Assembly: GCA_011065125.1 (NCBI GenBank)
Contig: JAAKFI010000002.1
Location: 23 to 64,022, forward strand
Length of the DNA stretch: 64,000 bases
Source of the DNA: Candidatus Anoxychlamydiales bacterium
GTDB taxonomy: Bacteria; Chlamydiota; Chlamydiia; Chlamydiales; SM23-39
Direction of reading: 5' to 3'
Shown: positions 9,753 through 19,728 of the stretch, piece by piece
Layout: each line of letters begins with the position of its first letter
How positions within the stretch are numbered: the first letter of the stretch is position 1
Position numbers and translations under genes: made by a program
Notes under the pieces: model-generated
What the model saw: only the letters and a program-made list of their open reading frames with translations
The model's database searches: none
Told to the model about the DNA's origin: nothing

Positions 9753-11075
9753 ATGTTTTTGTCTTTTAAAAATAAACATTTTTTAAACGCTTTAATTTAT
9801 ACTATCATTGCCTGCATGGGAGGCGTTTTATTTGGATATCACACCTCTGCAATATCTGCAGCTATGCTTTTTATTAATAAAAGTTTTCTTTTATCAAATA
9901 TACAAATTTCATTTTTAGTAAGTTTAATAATTTTAGGAGCTTTATTTGGCTCTATAATGGGTGGTGCTATAGCAGATAAATTTGGTAGAAAAAAAGCTTT
10001 TTTTATAGCTTTGATTTTAATGTTTTATGGAACTGTTTCATTTATTTTTTCTAAAACTATAAATAATTTATTTATTTATAGATTTATAGTTGGAATCTCA
10101 ATTGGTCTTTTTTCTTCTATCGTTCCAATATACATAGCTGAAATTTCAACTTCCAAATATCGAGGAAGATTAGTATCAATAAAATACATGGGCCTTGCAA
10201 CAGGTATTTTGTTTGCAAATTTTATCTCTTTTTTATTTACATCAACCTCAAATTGGCAAGCAATATTTCTAATTGGTTTAATTCCTGCTATTATAATGTT
10301 TATTGGTTTACTTATCATTCCTGAAACGCCAAGTTATTTATCTAGTATTAATAAAAAAGATAAAGCCTTAGAAATATTAAATGTATTAGATAATTCTAAT
10401 AATACTTTAGAAACATTAGAAAAAGGAAAAACAAAAGCATCTTTTAAAGACCTTTTTTCGAAATCAATAAAATCTGCTCTTTTTGTTGGAATCGGAATTA
10501 ATATATTTAGACAAATTTCTGGAATTAATATAGTTACATATTATGCTCCAAAAATATTCCTGCTTTCCGGGTTCGCATCTGAAAAATTGGCAATTAGCGC
10601 CAATTTATTTGTTACTATTATAAAAATCATATGTACTATTTTAGCTATATTTTTTATTGATAAAATTGGTAGAAGAATTTTACTTATGATCTCTTTTTTA
10701 GGAATGAGCGCTTCTATATTTCTTTTAAGTATTTATTTTTTATTAAAACTTAATTTATTAATAATTCCTATCATCGCTCTTGTTGGATTTTCATCTTTTT
10801 TTTCATTTGGAATAGGCGCTGTTACTTGGGTTATAAATTCAGAGATCTACCCAAATGGCATTCGAGGAAGAGCTGTAGGATTAGCTACTTTTTTTAACTG
10901 GATTTCCAATTATTTTGTCTCTATGAGCTTTTTATCATTAATTGGTTTTTTAGGTAATAGCACAACATTTATGATGTATTCAATTATTTGTTTTATTGGA
11001 TTTTTATTTGTATATTTTAAAGTGCCTGAAACTAAAAATAAAACCTTTGCTGAAATACAAAAGTTTTGGAAATAG
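9753..11075 (+). CDS. MFS sugar-porter family transporter
   Basis: 12-TM layout. Sugar-porter signatures GRKKAFF, PIYIAEIS....RGRL, PETPSYL, GRRILL and PETKNKTFAEIQ. Confidence 0.85.
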   Translation: MFLSFKNKHFLNALIYTIIACMGGVLFGYHTSAISAAMLFINKSFLLSNIQISFLVSLIILGALFGSIMGGAIADKFGRKKAFFIALILMFYGTVSFIFSKTINNLFIYRFIVGISIGLFSSIVPIYIAEISTSKYRGRLVSIKYMGLATGILFANFISFLFTSTSNWQAIFLIGLIPAIIMFIGLLIIPETPSYLSSINKKDKALEILNVLDNSNNTLETLEKGKTKASFKDLFSKSIKSALFVGIGINIFRQISGINIVTYYAPKIFLLSGFASEKLAISANLFVTIIKIICTILAIFFIDKIGRRILLMISFLGMSASIFLLSIYFLLKLNLLIIPIIALVGFSSFFSFGIGAVTWVINSEIYPNGIRGRAVGLATFFNWISNYFVSMSFLSLIGFLGNSTTFMMYSIICFIGFLFVYFKVPETKNKTFAEIQKFWK

Positions 11076-11756
11076 CTATATACTCTCTTTTACCCATCTT
11101 CCATCAATATATTCATATACAATTGGATCCCCTGTTGGGATTTCAAGTTTTACAACTTCATCTTTTGAAAGATTCTCCAAAAACATAATGATTGCACGCA
11201 ATGAATTTCCATGAGCTGATATAAATACATTTTTATTTTTTTCTATATACGGAAATATTTCTTTTTTAAAATATGGCAAAGCTCTTTTTGCTGTTTGTTT
11301 TAAACTCTCGCCATTAGGAGGCGCTGTGTCATAGCTTCTTCTCCAAATATGCACTTGCTCTTTCCCAAATTTTTCTCTTGCTTCATCTTTATTTTGTCCT
11401 TGTAAATCTCCATACATACGTTCATTTAAACGCCATGAGTGATACATTAAAATAGTTGCTTCTTTCGCTTTTTCACTATTAATATATCCCATTTTTTTTA
11501 GTTTTCTATTATTTGAATGATCAAAGACTAAAGTTTTTTTTGAAGAGTGATTTAACATTGCCAAAACAGCAGTTGTTTGAGCTCTAATAAGTTCTGAAGT
11601 GAATGCTATATCTATAGGAATATTTTTAATTTTTTTACCACCTTCAATCGCTTCAAATACTCCTTTTTCAGATAAAGGAACATCCACCCATCCTGTAAAT
11701 AGATTTTTTTGATTCCAAATTGACTCTCCATGTCTCATCAATATTAATTTAGCCAT
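11076..11756 (-). CDS. gpmA: 2,3-bisphosphoglycerate-dependent phosphoglycerate mutase
   Basis: LILMRHGESIWNQKNLFTGWVDVPLSEKG...ERMYG...SAHGNSLRA. ATG at 11756 with AGGGGA upstream; the 15-codon upstream extension is rejected. Confidence 0.95.
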   Translation of the reverse strand: MAKLILMRHGESIWNQKNLFTGWVDVPLSEKGVFEAIEGGKKIKNIPIDIAFTSELIRAQTTAVLAMLNHSSKKTLVFDHSNNRKLKKMGYINSEKAKEATILMYHSWRLNERMYGDLQGQNKDEAREKFGKEQVHIWRRSYDTAPPNGESLKQTAKRALPYFKKEIFPYIEKNKNVFISAHGNSLRAIIMFLENLSKDEVVKLEIPTGDPIVYEYIDGRWVKESI

Positions 11757-11864
11757 AAATATCCCCTTTTTAATAATAATAACAAATTTTTTGAAAAGCA
11801 CAATATAATTGAAACCTTAAAGATTTTTATCTATAATATACATAATTAAATCACATGATATTTT

Positions 11865-12560
11865 ATGAGCTTAAAAAGATTAAATAAATTTTTATCCCAT
11901 GCAGGCATAGCCTCTCGAAGAAAAGTCGAAGAGTTAATTTTAAATAACAAAGTTAAAGTAAATAATGTTATTACAAATGATCTATCTACTAAAATAGATT
12001 CTTCAAAAGATAAAGTCACAATAAATAACAAACTGATAAAAGAACAACAAAAACTATATTTTATTTTAAATAAACCAAAGGGATATCTTTGTTCTAATCA
12101 AAGAAAAGATGATGAAAAATTAGTAATTGATCTTTTTGAAAATTTTAATGAAAGATTATTTACAGTTGGAAGACTTGATAAAGATACTACTGGTCTTATT
12201 ATGGTTACCAATGATGGTGATGCTGCTAATAAAATAATCCACCCCTCTTCAAATATTGAAAAAGAATATCTTATAAAAATAAAAGAATCTATAAAAGACA
12301 CTGATCTAAAAAAAATATCAAAAGGATGTTTTGTAGAAAATCAATTCATAAAGCCTAAAAGTGTAAAAAAAATAAGAAACGGCACTTTAAAAATAATTAT
12401 TACTGAAGGAAAAAAAAGAGAGATTAGAATTATGATCAAAAAAGCAAATCTTTCTTTAATTAGCTTATCTAGAATAAGAGTTGGTAATTTAAAATTAGGT
12501 TCTTTAGAAATAGGTTTTTTCAAACAAGTCAAATTAAATGATCTTTTAAAAGTTTTTTGA
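11865..12560 (+). CDS. Pseudouridine synthase, RsuA/RluB family (S4 domain + catalytic domain)
   Basis: S4 motif RLNKFLSHAGIASRR. Catalytic GRLDKDTTGLIMVTNDGD. Confidence 0.9.
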   Translation: MSLKRLNKFLSHAGIASRRKVEELILNNKVKVNNVITNDLSTKIDSSKDKVTINNKLIKEQQKLYFILNKPKGYLCSNQRKDDEKLVIDLFENFNERLFTVGRLDKDTTGLIMVTNDGDAANKIIHPSSNIEKEYLIKIKESIKDTDLKKISKGCFVENQFIKPKSVKKIRNGTLKIIITEGKKREIRIMIKKANLSLISLSRIRVGNLKLGSLEIGFFKQVKLNDLLKVF

Positions 12561-12620
12561 ACTTCCTTCTTTTTAATAAATTTAAATAAATATATTATTT
12601 AATTTAAAGTAGGAATTTTG

Positions 12621-13292
12621 ATGAGAACAATTGCAAAACTTTTTGGTAAATCCCCATTTTCTCCTCTTCAAGCTCATATGGAGAAAGTATCTATTTGTGT
12701 TTTGTTATTAGAAGATTTATTCACATCTCTTTTAAAACAAGATTATAATAAAGTATTTGAGATATCTAAAAAGATATCTAAAAAAGAGCATGAAGCAGAT
12801 CTTACAAAAAACGATCTTAGAAATCATCTTCCTAAAAGTTTATTTATGCCCATTGATAGAGCTTCTTTTTTAGAAATTTTAAATTTTCAAGATTCTTTTG
12901 CAAATAAAGCTGAAGATATTGGCATTCTTTCTACATTAAAAGAATTAAAAGAATTAGATGAATTTGAAAAATTTGAGACCTTTTATAAAAAAAATATAGA
13001 AGCTTTTAAAAAAGCTCATTTAATTATTAAAGAATTTGATTCTTTATTAGAATCTTCATTTGGTGGTATTGAAGCTAGAAATGTAAAAGATATGATTGAT
13101 GAGCTTGCATTAATGGAGCATGATTTAGATATTATAGGTTATGATATTTTAAAAAAGTTATATGCTTTAACAGACAAATTATCTTATTCAACTTTTCATT
13201 TATTAAATACACTGCTTAAAGAAATATCCGAAATATCTAATATTGCTGAAAAGTTAGGAAACAAAATTAGGACAATCTTAGAGATTACATAA
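12621..13292 (+). CDS. DUF47 / PhoU-like phosphate transport regulator (TIGR00153 type)
   Basis: Helical 223-aa protein beginning MRTIAKLFGKSPFSPLQAHMEKV. It lies immediately upstream of a PiT gene with a start/stop overlap, which is the conserved pairing. Confidence 0.8.
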   Translation: MRTIAKLFGKSPFSPLQAHMEKVSICVLLLEDLFTSLLKQDYNKVFEISKKISKKEHEADLTKNDLRNHLPKSLFMPIDRASFLEILNFQDSFANKAEDIGILSTLKELKELDEFEKFETFYKKNIEAFKKAHLIIKEFDSLLESSFGGIEARNVKDMIDELALMEHDLDIIGYDILKKLYALTDKLSYSTFHLLNTLLKEISEISNIAEKLGNKIRTILEIT

Positions 13293-14704
13293 TGGAACTT
13301 AAAATTCTTGAATTTTTAACATTAATTGTCGGAATTTATATGGCTTGGAACATCGGAGCTAACGATGTTGCAAATGCTATTTCTACATCTGTTGGATCCA
13401 AAGCATTAACTTTAAAAAAAGCTGTAATAATTGCTGCCCTTTTAGAATTTTTCGGAGCTTACTTTCTAGGTGGTAATGTATCTCAAACTATTCAATCAGG
13501 AATTGTAAATCCTGATGTTTTTAAAAATGATTATTTGATTTTTATTTTGGGTATGATGTCTGCTCTATTAGCTACTGGTCTATGGCTTAATTTTGCATCT
13601 TACTTAAGAATGCCTGTTTCTACTACACATGCAATTATTGGAGCAGTTGTGGGATTCGGATCTGTTATTGGAGGAGTTCATGCTGTTAATTGGACTTTAG
13701 TGCTTCAAATAGCTCTTAGCTGGATTATAACACCCGCTATTAGCGGAGTTATTTCTTATTATATTTTTATTTTTCTACAAAGAAAAATTCTATATAGCCT
13801 CTCCCCTCTTAAAGCTACAAAAAAAATTGTCCCAATTTTAGTTTTTTTTACAATTTTTGTTTTTTTACAAAGCTTAATATTTAGTAAAATCACTAATTTA
13901 AAACTGCCTTTTTCAACTAGCTTTGCTTTTATAATTGTCCTAATATTAGCTCTTGCCATTGCAGTTATTTCGTATTTTTTAATAAATAAAATAAAAATAG
14001 ATTCATGCCATGTAGTACTGCATCACCCAAATCAAGTTCTCTCTTTAGAAAAAGCACATAAACATTTACTTAGATTGAAACTCAGTTCTAAAGGAGATAC
14101 TAAAGAAAAAGTTTCTAAAATAACTAATGAAGTAAATGAAATGCTCTCCGATATAAAAGAAAAAACAAAATTTTCTGAAATGTCTAAAGAATATTTAAAA
14201 GTTGAAAAAGTTTTTGGTTTTCTTCAAATAATAAGCCTTTCTTTAATTGCTTTTGCACATGGATCAAATGATGTAGCTAATGCAATAGGTCCTGTCTCTG
14301 CCATTATTCAAACTATAAATTTAAAAAATGTAAATATTAGTGGACTGGTTCCACCTTGGATTCTTTTAATTGGTGCTAGCGGAATAGTTCTCGGCCTTGC
14401 TACTTGGGGGTATAGAGTAGTGGAAACTATTGGCCATAAAATAACAACTCTTACTCCTACTAGAGGATTCTCTGCTGAATTTGGAGCTGCAACTACTATT
14501 TTAATAGCTTCTAAATTAGCCCTGCCTATTTCAACAACTCACGCTCTGGTTGGATCAGTACTTGGCGTTGGTCTTGCAAAAGGACTGACTTCTTTAAATT
14601 TAAAAATGCTAAAAGATATTGTTCTATCTTGGATAATTACTCTTCCAATCTGCGCAATTTTAAGTATTTTAGTTTTTTATTTATTAAAATTCTTTTTTTA
14701 TTAA
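13292..14704 (+). CDS. pit: Inorganic phosphate transporter, PiT family
   Basis: Duplicated PiT signature GANDVANAI (N-terminal half) and GSNDVANAIGP (C-terminal half). Multi-TM. Confidence 0.93.
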   Translation: MELKILEFLTLIVGIYMAWNIGANDVANAISTSVGSKALTLKKAVIIAALLEFFGAYFLGGNVSQTIQSGIVNPDVFKNDYLIFILGMMSALLATGLWLNFASYLRMPVSTTHAIIGAVVGFGSVIGGVHAVNWTLVLQIALSWIITPAISGVISYYIFIFLQRKILYSLSPLKATKKIVPILVFFTIFVFLQSLIFSKITNLKLPFSTSFAFIIVLILALAIAVISYFLINKIKIDSCHVVLHHPNQVLSLEKAHKHLLRLKLSSKGDTKEKVSKITNEVNEMLSDIKEKTKFSEMSKEYLKVEKVFGFLQIISLSLIAFAHGSNDVANAIGPVSAIIQTINLKNVNISGLVPPWILLIGASGIVLGLATWGYRVVETIGHKITTLTPTRGFSAEFGAATTILIASKLALPISTTHALVGSVLGVGLAKGLTSLNLKMLKDIVLSWIITLPICAILSILVFYLLKFFFY

Positions 14705-14737
14705 AATAGTTCTTTTTTTATAAAAAAAGGATTTTAT

Positions 14738-15280
14738 ATGTTTATCTCTAACTATTTACCCTCTTATGCAAATATAAAAAGGCATACTATTTTTACTCTT
14801 GGAATGTTTGGTTCCACTCTACCAGCTTTTGTAATGAGCGCTTCTATTACATCACTTGGTATCTTTGGAGGAAGTGATATGCAATCATTTGTAGATATTG
14901 CAAAAAAATCAAACATATTAAATGGAAAAGTAATTGATGTTATAACACCACTTTTAAGTCCTTTTGCAATTTCTTTATTAGTAAGAGTTTCAGGTTATGC
15001 TGCAGGCTTATATAAGGTGAGTAGTTTAACCTCTAATTACACTATTAAATCATATACTGCAACAAAACCACATATCTCTGAAAATCAAAAAAAAGCTTTG
15101 AAAATTTTAGTAATATCATCTTGCGCTTATGCTTATAGTTTCACACTTTATTCTCTTAAAGATTATTCAATTACTATGACTAGCGAAAAAAAATTATCAA
15201 ACCGATTAGGATTTGTTACAGGATCCATTACCGGATTTTTAAGTATTATACATTTAAGTTATAAACTTTTTAAAAGTTAA
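14738..15280 (+). CDS. Hypothetical membrane protein (about 4 hydrophobic segments)
   Basis: 180-codon stop-free frame in AT-rich DNA, with hydrophobic stretches such as HTIFTLGMFGSTLPAFVMSASITSLGIFGG. No family recognised. Confidence 0.5.
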   Translation: MFISNYLPSYANIKRHTIFTLGMFGSTLPAFVMSASITSLGIFGGSDMQSFVDIAKKSNILNGKVIDVITPLLSPFAISLLVRVSGYAAGLYKVSSLTSNYTIKSYTATKPHISENQKKALKILVISSCAYAYSFTLYSLKDYSITMTSEKKLSNRLGFVTGSITGFLSIIHLSYKLFKS

Positions 15281-15350
15281 TTAATTTTTATATTCTTTTT
15301 TAAGCTTAAATTTTTTATAAATAAAATTACCAATACAAATTGTTAATTTT

Positions 15351-17933
15351 ATGGAAAATGATAAAAATTCTGAAATTTTTGATTTCATGCAAAAAATAAA
15401 ACGTTATCTTATCACTAATCTTGGCAAAGTTGAAAGTGTTGCTTCTAATGAAGAATTTTATTTTGCTCTTTGCATGGCCCTTAGAGAAAAAATAATGATT
15501 AACTGGACGGCTACTGAACATTCTCATAATGAACTTGGTGCTAAAACTCTATATTATTTATGTATGGAATACCTTCCTGGTAAATTTTTAACTAATAATA
15601 TTACAAATCTAAAACAAAATGATTTAGTTTTAGAAGTAACAAAAAGAATGGGAAGAAACCTAAAAGACATTATTTCTTGTGATGCTGAACCTGGCCTTGG
15701 AAATGGTGGACTTGGAAGACTAGCTTCTTGTTTTTTAGATTCATTAGCTACACTATCTTATCCTGCCTGGGCATATGGGCTTAGATATCAATATGGTATT
15801 TTTGAACAAGAGCTTTGGAATGGAGTGCAAGTAGAGAGACCCGATTGTTGGCTGCTAAATCAAAATCCTTGGGAATTTAGAAAAGATAACCACTCTCAAA
15901 ATGTTAAATTTGCAGGAACAATGCACCCTGGAACAAATATCCATGGTGATGAAGTTTTTTATTTAGAAGATTATGAAGAAGTAAGAGCTCTTCCTTTTGA
16001 TACTCCAATTATTGGATATCCAAAAAATCATGATTTTAATATTGTAACCCTAAGACTTTGGTCAACAAAAGAATCTCCTAGAAACTTTGAGCTACAAAGA
16101 TTTAATGCTGGACAAATTAACGAAGCTGGTGAAAATACAGCTATTACAGATGTGTTATATCCAAATGATAATAATGAAATTGGAAAAAAAATCAGATTAA
16201 AACAAGAGTTTTTATTAGTCTGTGCATCTATACAAGATATTTTACATCAACATTTAAGAGTCTATGGTCAAATAGATAATTTAGATCAAAAAGTACAAAT
16301 ACAAATCAATGACACTCATCCTGCATTAGTAATAGCGGAACTTATGAGAAGACTTATAAAAAATCATAATATCTCATGGAAAAAAGCTTTTGAAATGACC
16401 CAAAACATTTGTAATTATACAAATCATACTATTATGAAAGAAGCATTAGAAGAATGGAATGAGTCAAGACTTCAAACTCTTCTTCCAAGACAATACAAAA
16501 TCATTCAAAAAATTAATCAAGAATTTTGTGATAAGATTAGAATTACCTTTCCAAATGACCCTGGCAGAATAGATAGAATGAGTATAATACATAATGGTCA
16601 AATAAAAATGGCGCATCTTGCAATTTTAGGATCTAAAAAAGTAAATGGTGTTGCTGAATTACATACTGAAATATTAAAAAATGATCTTTTTAAAGATTTC
16701 GTTGATATGTATCCTCAAAAATTTATTCCAATTACTAATGGTGTTACTCAAAGAAGATGGCTATTTCAATCGAATCCATGTCTTTGTGATTTAATTACAA
16801 AAAAAATTGGTGATAAGTGGAAATTAGATTTTCATGAAATTCAAAATATTAAAGCACATGCAGAAGATTCTCAAACAATAGAAGAATTTTTAAAGATTAA
16901 ACAAGAAAACAAAAAAAAATTATTTAATTTTATAAAACAAGAAAATCCAATTAGAGATTATAAAGGAAAAGTTATTGATCACTACCCTGTTTTTGAAGAC
17001 TATGATGTATTAGTAGAATCTCAAATAAAGCGTTATCATGAATATAAAAGACAACTAATGAATGTTTTACATGCTCTTATGCTTTATAATGATCTAAAAC
17101 AAGATCCTTTATCTAGAAAAGTTAAAAGAATGATAATACTAGCTGGAAAAGCAGCACCCGGATACGATCTTGCTAAAAAAATAATGCTTTTTGCATTTCT
17201 AGTAGCTAAAAAAATAAATACTGATAAAGACGTAAATGAAAAACTAAAATTTGTAGTTATTGAAAATTATAATGTTTCAAAAGCAGAACTTATTATTCCA
17301 GCATCAGATTTATCCGTTCAAATATCTACTGCCGGATATGAAGCCTCTGGTACTGGAAATATGAAACTTTCTATGAATGGCTCACTTACCATTGGAACAG
17401 AAGATGGCGCTAATATAGAAATGAGAAAAGCAGTCACAGATGAATACTGGCCCTTTAAATTTGGGCTTACTAAAAATGAAATTAATGAAATAGTTAAAAA
17501 TAAATCTTATAACCCAAATCAAGTGTATTTAGAAAATGAAAAAGTAAAAAATGCACTAGATATGTTAAAAAATGACTCTTTAGTAAATTCAGAATATGAA
17601 CATCAGGCGCTATTACAAATATATACAATTCTTTTAGAATATGGTGAAAATAGTGATAAGTATTTTGTATTAAAAGATCTAGTTTCTTACTACGAAACTC
17701 AAAAAAAAGTTGAAGACTTATATATTGATCGTCATATTTGGACGAAATTTGCAATTCATAACATTGGTGGAATGGGAAGGTTTTCATCTGATGAGGTTAT
17801 TAATAACTATGCAAAATCAGTTTGGGAATTAGATCCATGCCCACTAGAGCCACAGATACTAGAAAAAGTTAGAAATGAATATTTACAAAGCTCTGCTTGC
17901 TATGTTGGAGAAAAAAGTGATACTAACAAATAA
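15351..17933 (+). CDS. glgP: Glycogen phosphorylase
   Basis: 860 aa. GLGNGGLGRLASCFLDS. PLP-lysine block EASGTGNMKLSMNG. Confidence 0.97.
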   Translation: MENDKNSEIFDFMQKIKRYLITNLGKVESVASNEEFYFALCMALREKIMINWTATEHSHNELGAKTLYYLCMEYLPGKFLTNNITNLKQNDLVLEVTKRMGRNLKDIISCDAEPGLGNGGLGRLASCFLDSLATLSYPAWAYGLRYQYGIFEQELWNGVQVERPDCWLLNQNPWEFRKDNHSQNVKFAGTMHPGTNIHGDEVFYLEDYEEVRALPFDTPIIGYPKNHDFNIVTLRLWSTKESPRNFELQRFNAGQINEAGENTAITDVLYPNDNNEIGKKIRLKQEFLLVCASIQDILHQHLRVYGQIDNLDQKVQIQINDTHPALVIAELMRRLIKNHNISWKKAFEMTQNICNYTNHTIMKEALEEWNESRLQTLLPRQYKIIQKINQEFCDKIRITFPNDPGRIDRMSIIHNGQIKMAHLAILGSKKVNGVAELHTEILKNDLFKDFVDMYPQKFIPITNGVTQRRWLFQSNPCLCDLITKKIGDKWKLDFHEIQNIKAHAEDSQTIEEFLKIKQENKKKLFNFIKQENPIRDYKGKVIDHYPVFEDYDVLVESQIKRYHEYKRQLMNVLHALMLYNDLKQDPLSRKVKRMIILAGKAAPGYDLAKKIMLFAFLVAKKINTDKDVNEKLKFVVIENYNVSKAELIIPASDLSVQISTAGYEASGTGNMKLSMNGSLTIGTEDGANIEMRKAVTDEYWPFKFGLTKNEINEIVKNKSYNPNQVYLENEKVKNALDMLKNDSLVNSEYEHQALLQIYTILLEYGENSDKYFVLKDLVSYYETQKKVEDLYIDRHIWTKFAIHNIGGMGRFSSDEVINNYAKSVWELDPCPLEPQILEKVRNEYLQSSACYVGEKSDTNK

Positions 17934-17947
17934 GAGTTAGTATCACT
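17911..17947 (-). terminator. Rho-independent terminator of the 144-aa gene, embedded in the last codons of glgP
   Basis: The minus-strand RNA reads AGUGAUACUAAC-ucuuauuu-GUUAGUAUCACU (perfect 12-bp stem, plus 17916-17927 / 17936-17947) followed by a U-run (plus A-run 17911-17915). Confidence 0.65.
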
Positions 17948-17958
17948 AAAAAAATTAA

Positions 17959-18393
17959 TTACTGTACTTTTTTTTCTGTCGCTGTTGTATCTGGATTTGC
18001 ATCTGCAGCACCAGCTGTTTGAGTCGTCTCAAATAGTTCACCAGCTCTTTTAGCTTTTTCAGCTTCTGCTTCTTTTCCTAAAGCTTGAGCTACAGCAGCA
18101 GGTCTTTCTAATGCAGAATTACTTGCATAATTACAAACAACGCTATATAAGATAGATGCTTTTCTAGCATTTTTAATTTTTCTAGCTAAACCTTTTGAGC
18201 AAGAGAAATTAACAGTTGCATACATAACTGAATAACCTACTTTTTTAGCTCTTCCTAAAAATCCTAAAAAGCAAGTTTTATCCATATCATTTATTTTTTC
18301 AGCTGTAATATCTCTTAAACTTTTTTGTCCAACATTAAATTCACGAGCTTCATTTAAAAGTTGAGTTCTTTTTAAATTTATTTCAACTGCCAT
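17959..18393 (-). CDS. Hypothetical small protein, basic N-terminal two-thirds with an Ala/Glu/Thr-rich low-complexity tail
   Basis: 144 aa. Strong SD (GGAGGA 7 nt upstream of the ATG), its own promoter-like and terminator signals, and visibly higher GC than its neighbours. No family recognised. Confidence 0.7.
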   Translation of the reverse strand: MAVEINLKRTQLLNEAREFNVGQKSLRDITAEKINDMDKTCFLGFLGRAKKVGYSVMYATVNFSCSKGLARKIKNARKASILYSVVCNYASNSALERPAAVAQALGKEAEAEKAKRAGELFETTQTAGAADANPDTTATEKKVQ

Positions 18394-18437
18394 AATATTA
18401 TCCTCCGATATTTGGGTTAATTTATAAAAGTAAAAAG

Positions 18438-18466
18438 ATAATATTCAAATTGAAAATAGCTGACAA
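18438..18466 (-). promoter_or_regulatory. Near-consensus sigma-70-type promoter for the 144-aa gene
   Basis: The minus strand reads TTGTCA (plus 18461-18466), 17-nt spacer, TATTAT (plus 18438-18443). This lies about 45 nt upstream of the ATG at 18393. Confidence 0.4.
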
Positions 18467-18521
18467 TCATTAAAATAATTTCTTTACAAGATTGTTTTAA
18501 TATAAATTAAATTGCTATTAA

Positions 18522-18854
18522 TTATTTACGAAAATACACGTAATTTCTATGATGATTATCAAGCGCGCCTTTTAAAATTAATCTAGCTCCAATTCTTTCA
18601 ATGAAAGTTGATATAAAATGCAGTTCTTCCGGTAAAAATTTTGTAATTTTTCTATAAAATATAGCTCTTACTCTAGTCTTTAATCCTAAATAACAAAATT
18701 TATAAATCTCTTCTATTTTTCTTTGTTCTAAATATTGATTATTTCCATATAAATTTTTGTACACACACACTTGTAGTGCATATTTGTATGCTTTACTTCT
18801 TTGTATCGGATCATAATTTTTAAGAGAAAAATTTAATATTAATTTAATGACCAT
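18522..18854 (-). CDS. Hypothetical protein (Tyr/Lys-rich, 110 aa)
   Basis: 110-codon stop-free frame with a single ATG. It overlaps the 3' end of the upstream SBP gene by 16 nt. No motif recognised. Confidence 0.4.
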   Translation of the reverse strand: MVIKLILNFSLKNYDPIQRSKAYKYALQVCVYKNLYGNNQYLEQRKIEEIYKFCYLGLKTRVRAIFYRKITKFLPEELHFISTFIERIGARLILKGALDNHHRNYVYFRK

Positions 18855-19573
18855 TTATCTATAAGCTTTTTCAATTCACCATTTTTTTTATATTTTTCAA
18901 TATAAAAATCTATTATTTTAAGTATTTTGAGATTTTGATTTTTTAAAGTAATAATGCGAATAGCTTCATCACTAACAGGTGATTTTAAAATTTTTAAAGT
19001 ATTATAGTAATTATCTTCGATATATTTTCTAGCTATAATAATAGGTAGTAAAAAAGCATCTATTTGATTATCTTCCAAATCTTTAAAACCATTTGGTATA
19101 TTTGCATATTTTTCTGCAAAAACTTCATATTTTTGTAAAACATCATATAGAGCATCATCACTTATATAACCTATATGTTTTTGAAAAAGATCATCAATAG
19201 TTTTATAAGATGAATCTTTTTCAACTATCAATACATACCCTATATCTAAGATGTTTTTAGAAAAATCAAATTTTGCTAAGTTAAAATTATACATTTGCAT
19301 ATTTGATAAAACAGATCCATATTTATGGTTTTTTAAGCCATTTAATAAGTCATTATTGTTTGTATTGATAAGCGATATATTATGATTGGAGTCTCTTGCT
19401 ATTTTTATAAATAAATCTTGAAAAAACCCATTTAAATTGGCGCTTTGGCCATTTGTAACAATATTTTCCCACTCATTATTATAACCAATAGAAAAAGAAA
19501 TATTTTTTCTCTTAGTACAAGAAATACTAGATAACAATAATAATAAAATTAGTAAAACTTTCAATTTTTTCAT
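18839..19573 (-). CDS. Periplasmic amino-acid-binding lipoprotein (SBP family 3, ArtJ-like)
   Basis: Lipobox LSSISC. Overall SBP_bac_3-like pattern (...DLLNGLKNHKYGSVLSNM...IGYISDD...IDAFLLP...). 244 aa. Confidence 0.65.
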   Translation of the reverse strand: MKKLKVLLILLLLLSSISCTKRKNISFSIGYNNEWENIVTNGQSANLNGFFQDLFIKIARDSNHNISLINTNNNDLLNGLKNHKYGSVLSNMQMYNFNLAKFDFSKNILDIGYVLIVEKDSSYKTIDDLFQKHIGYISDDALYDVLQKYEVFAEKYANIPNGFKDLEDNQIDAFLLPIIIARKYIEDNYYNTLKILKSPVSDEAIRIITLKNQNLKILKIIDFYIEKYKKNGELKKLIDKWSLN

Positions 19574-19728
19574 AATTTTATCTTAATAAAAACTAATAAT
19601 TTTTACTACTAATTTTAAATGCTAATTAGTAATTATTTTTAAAAAAAAATTAAAATATTTACCTTTTGTAAATTAATATTTTTTTCTCTATACTAATTCG
19701 TCGAAGGCTACTAAAAAGTAATTTTAAT

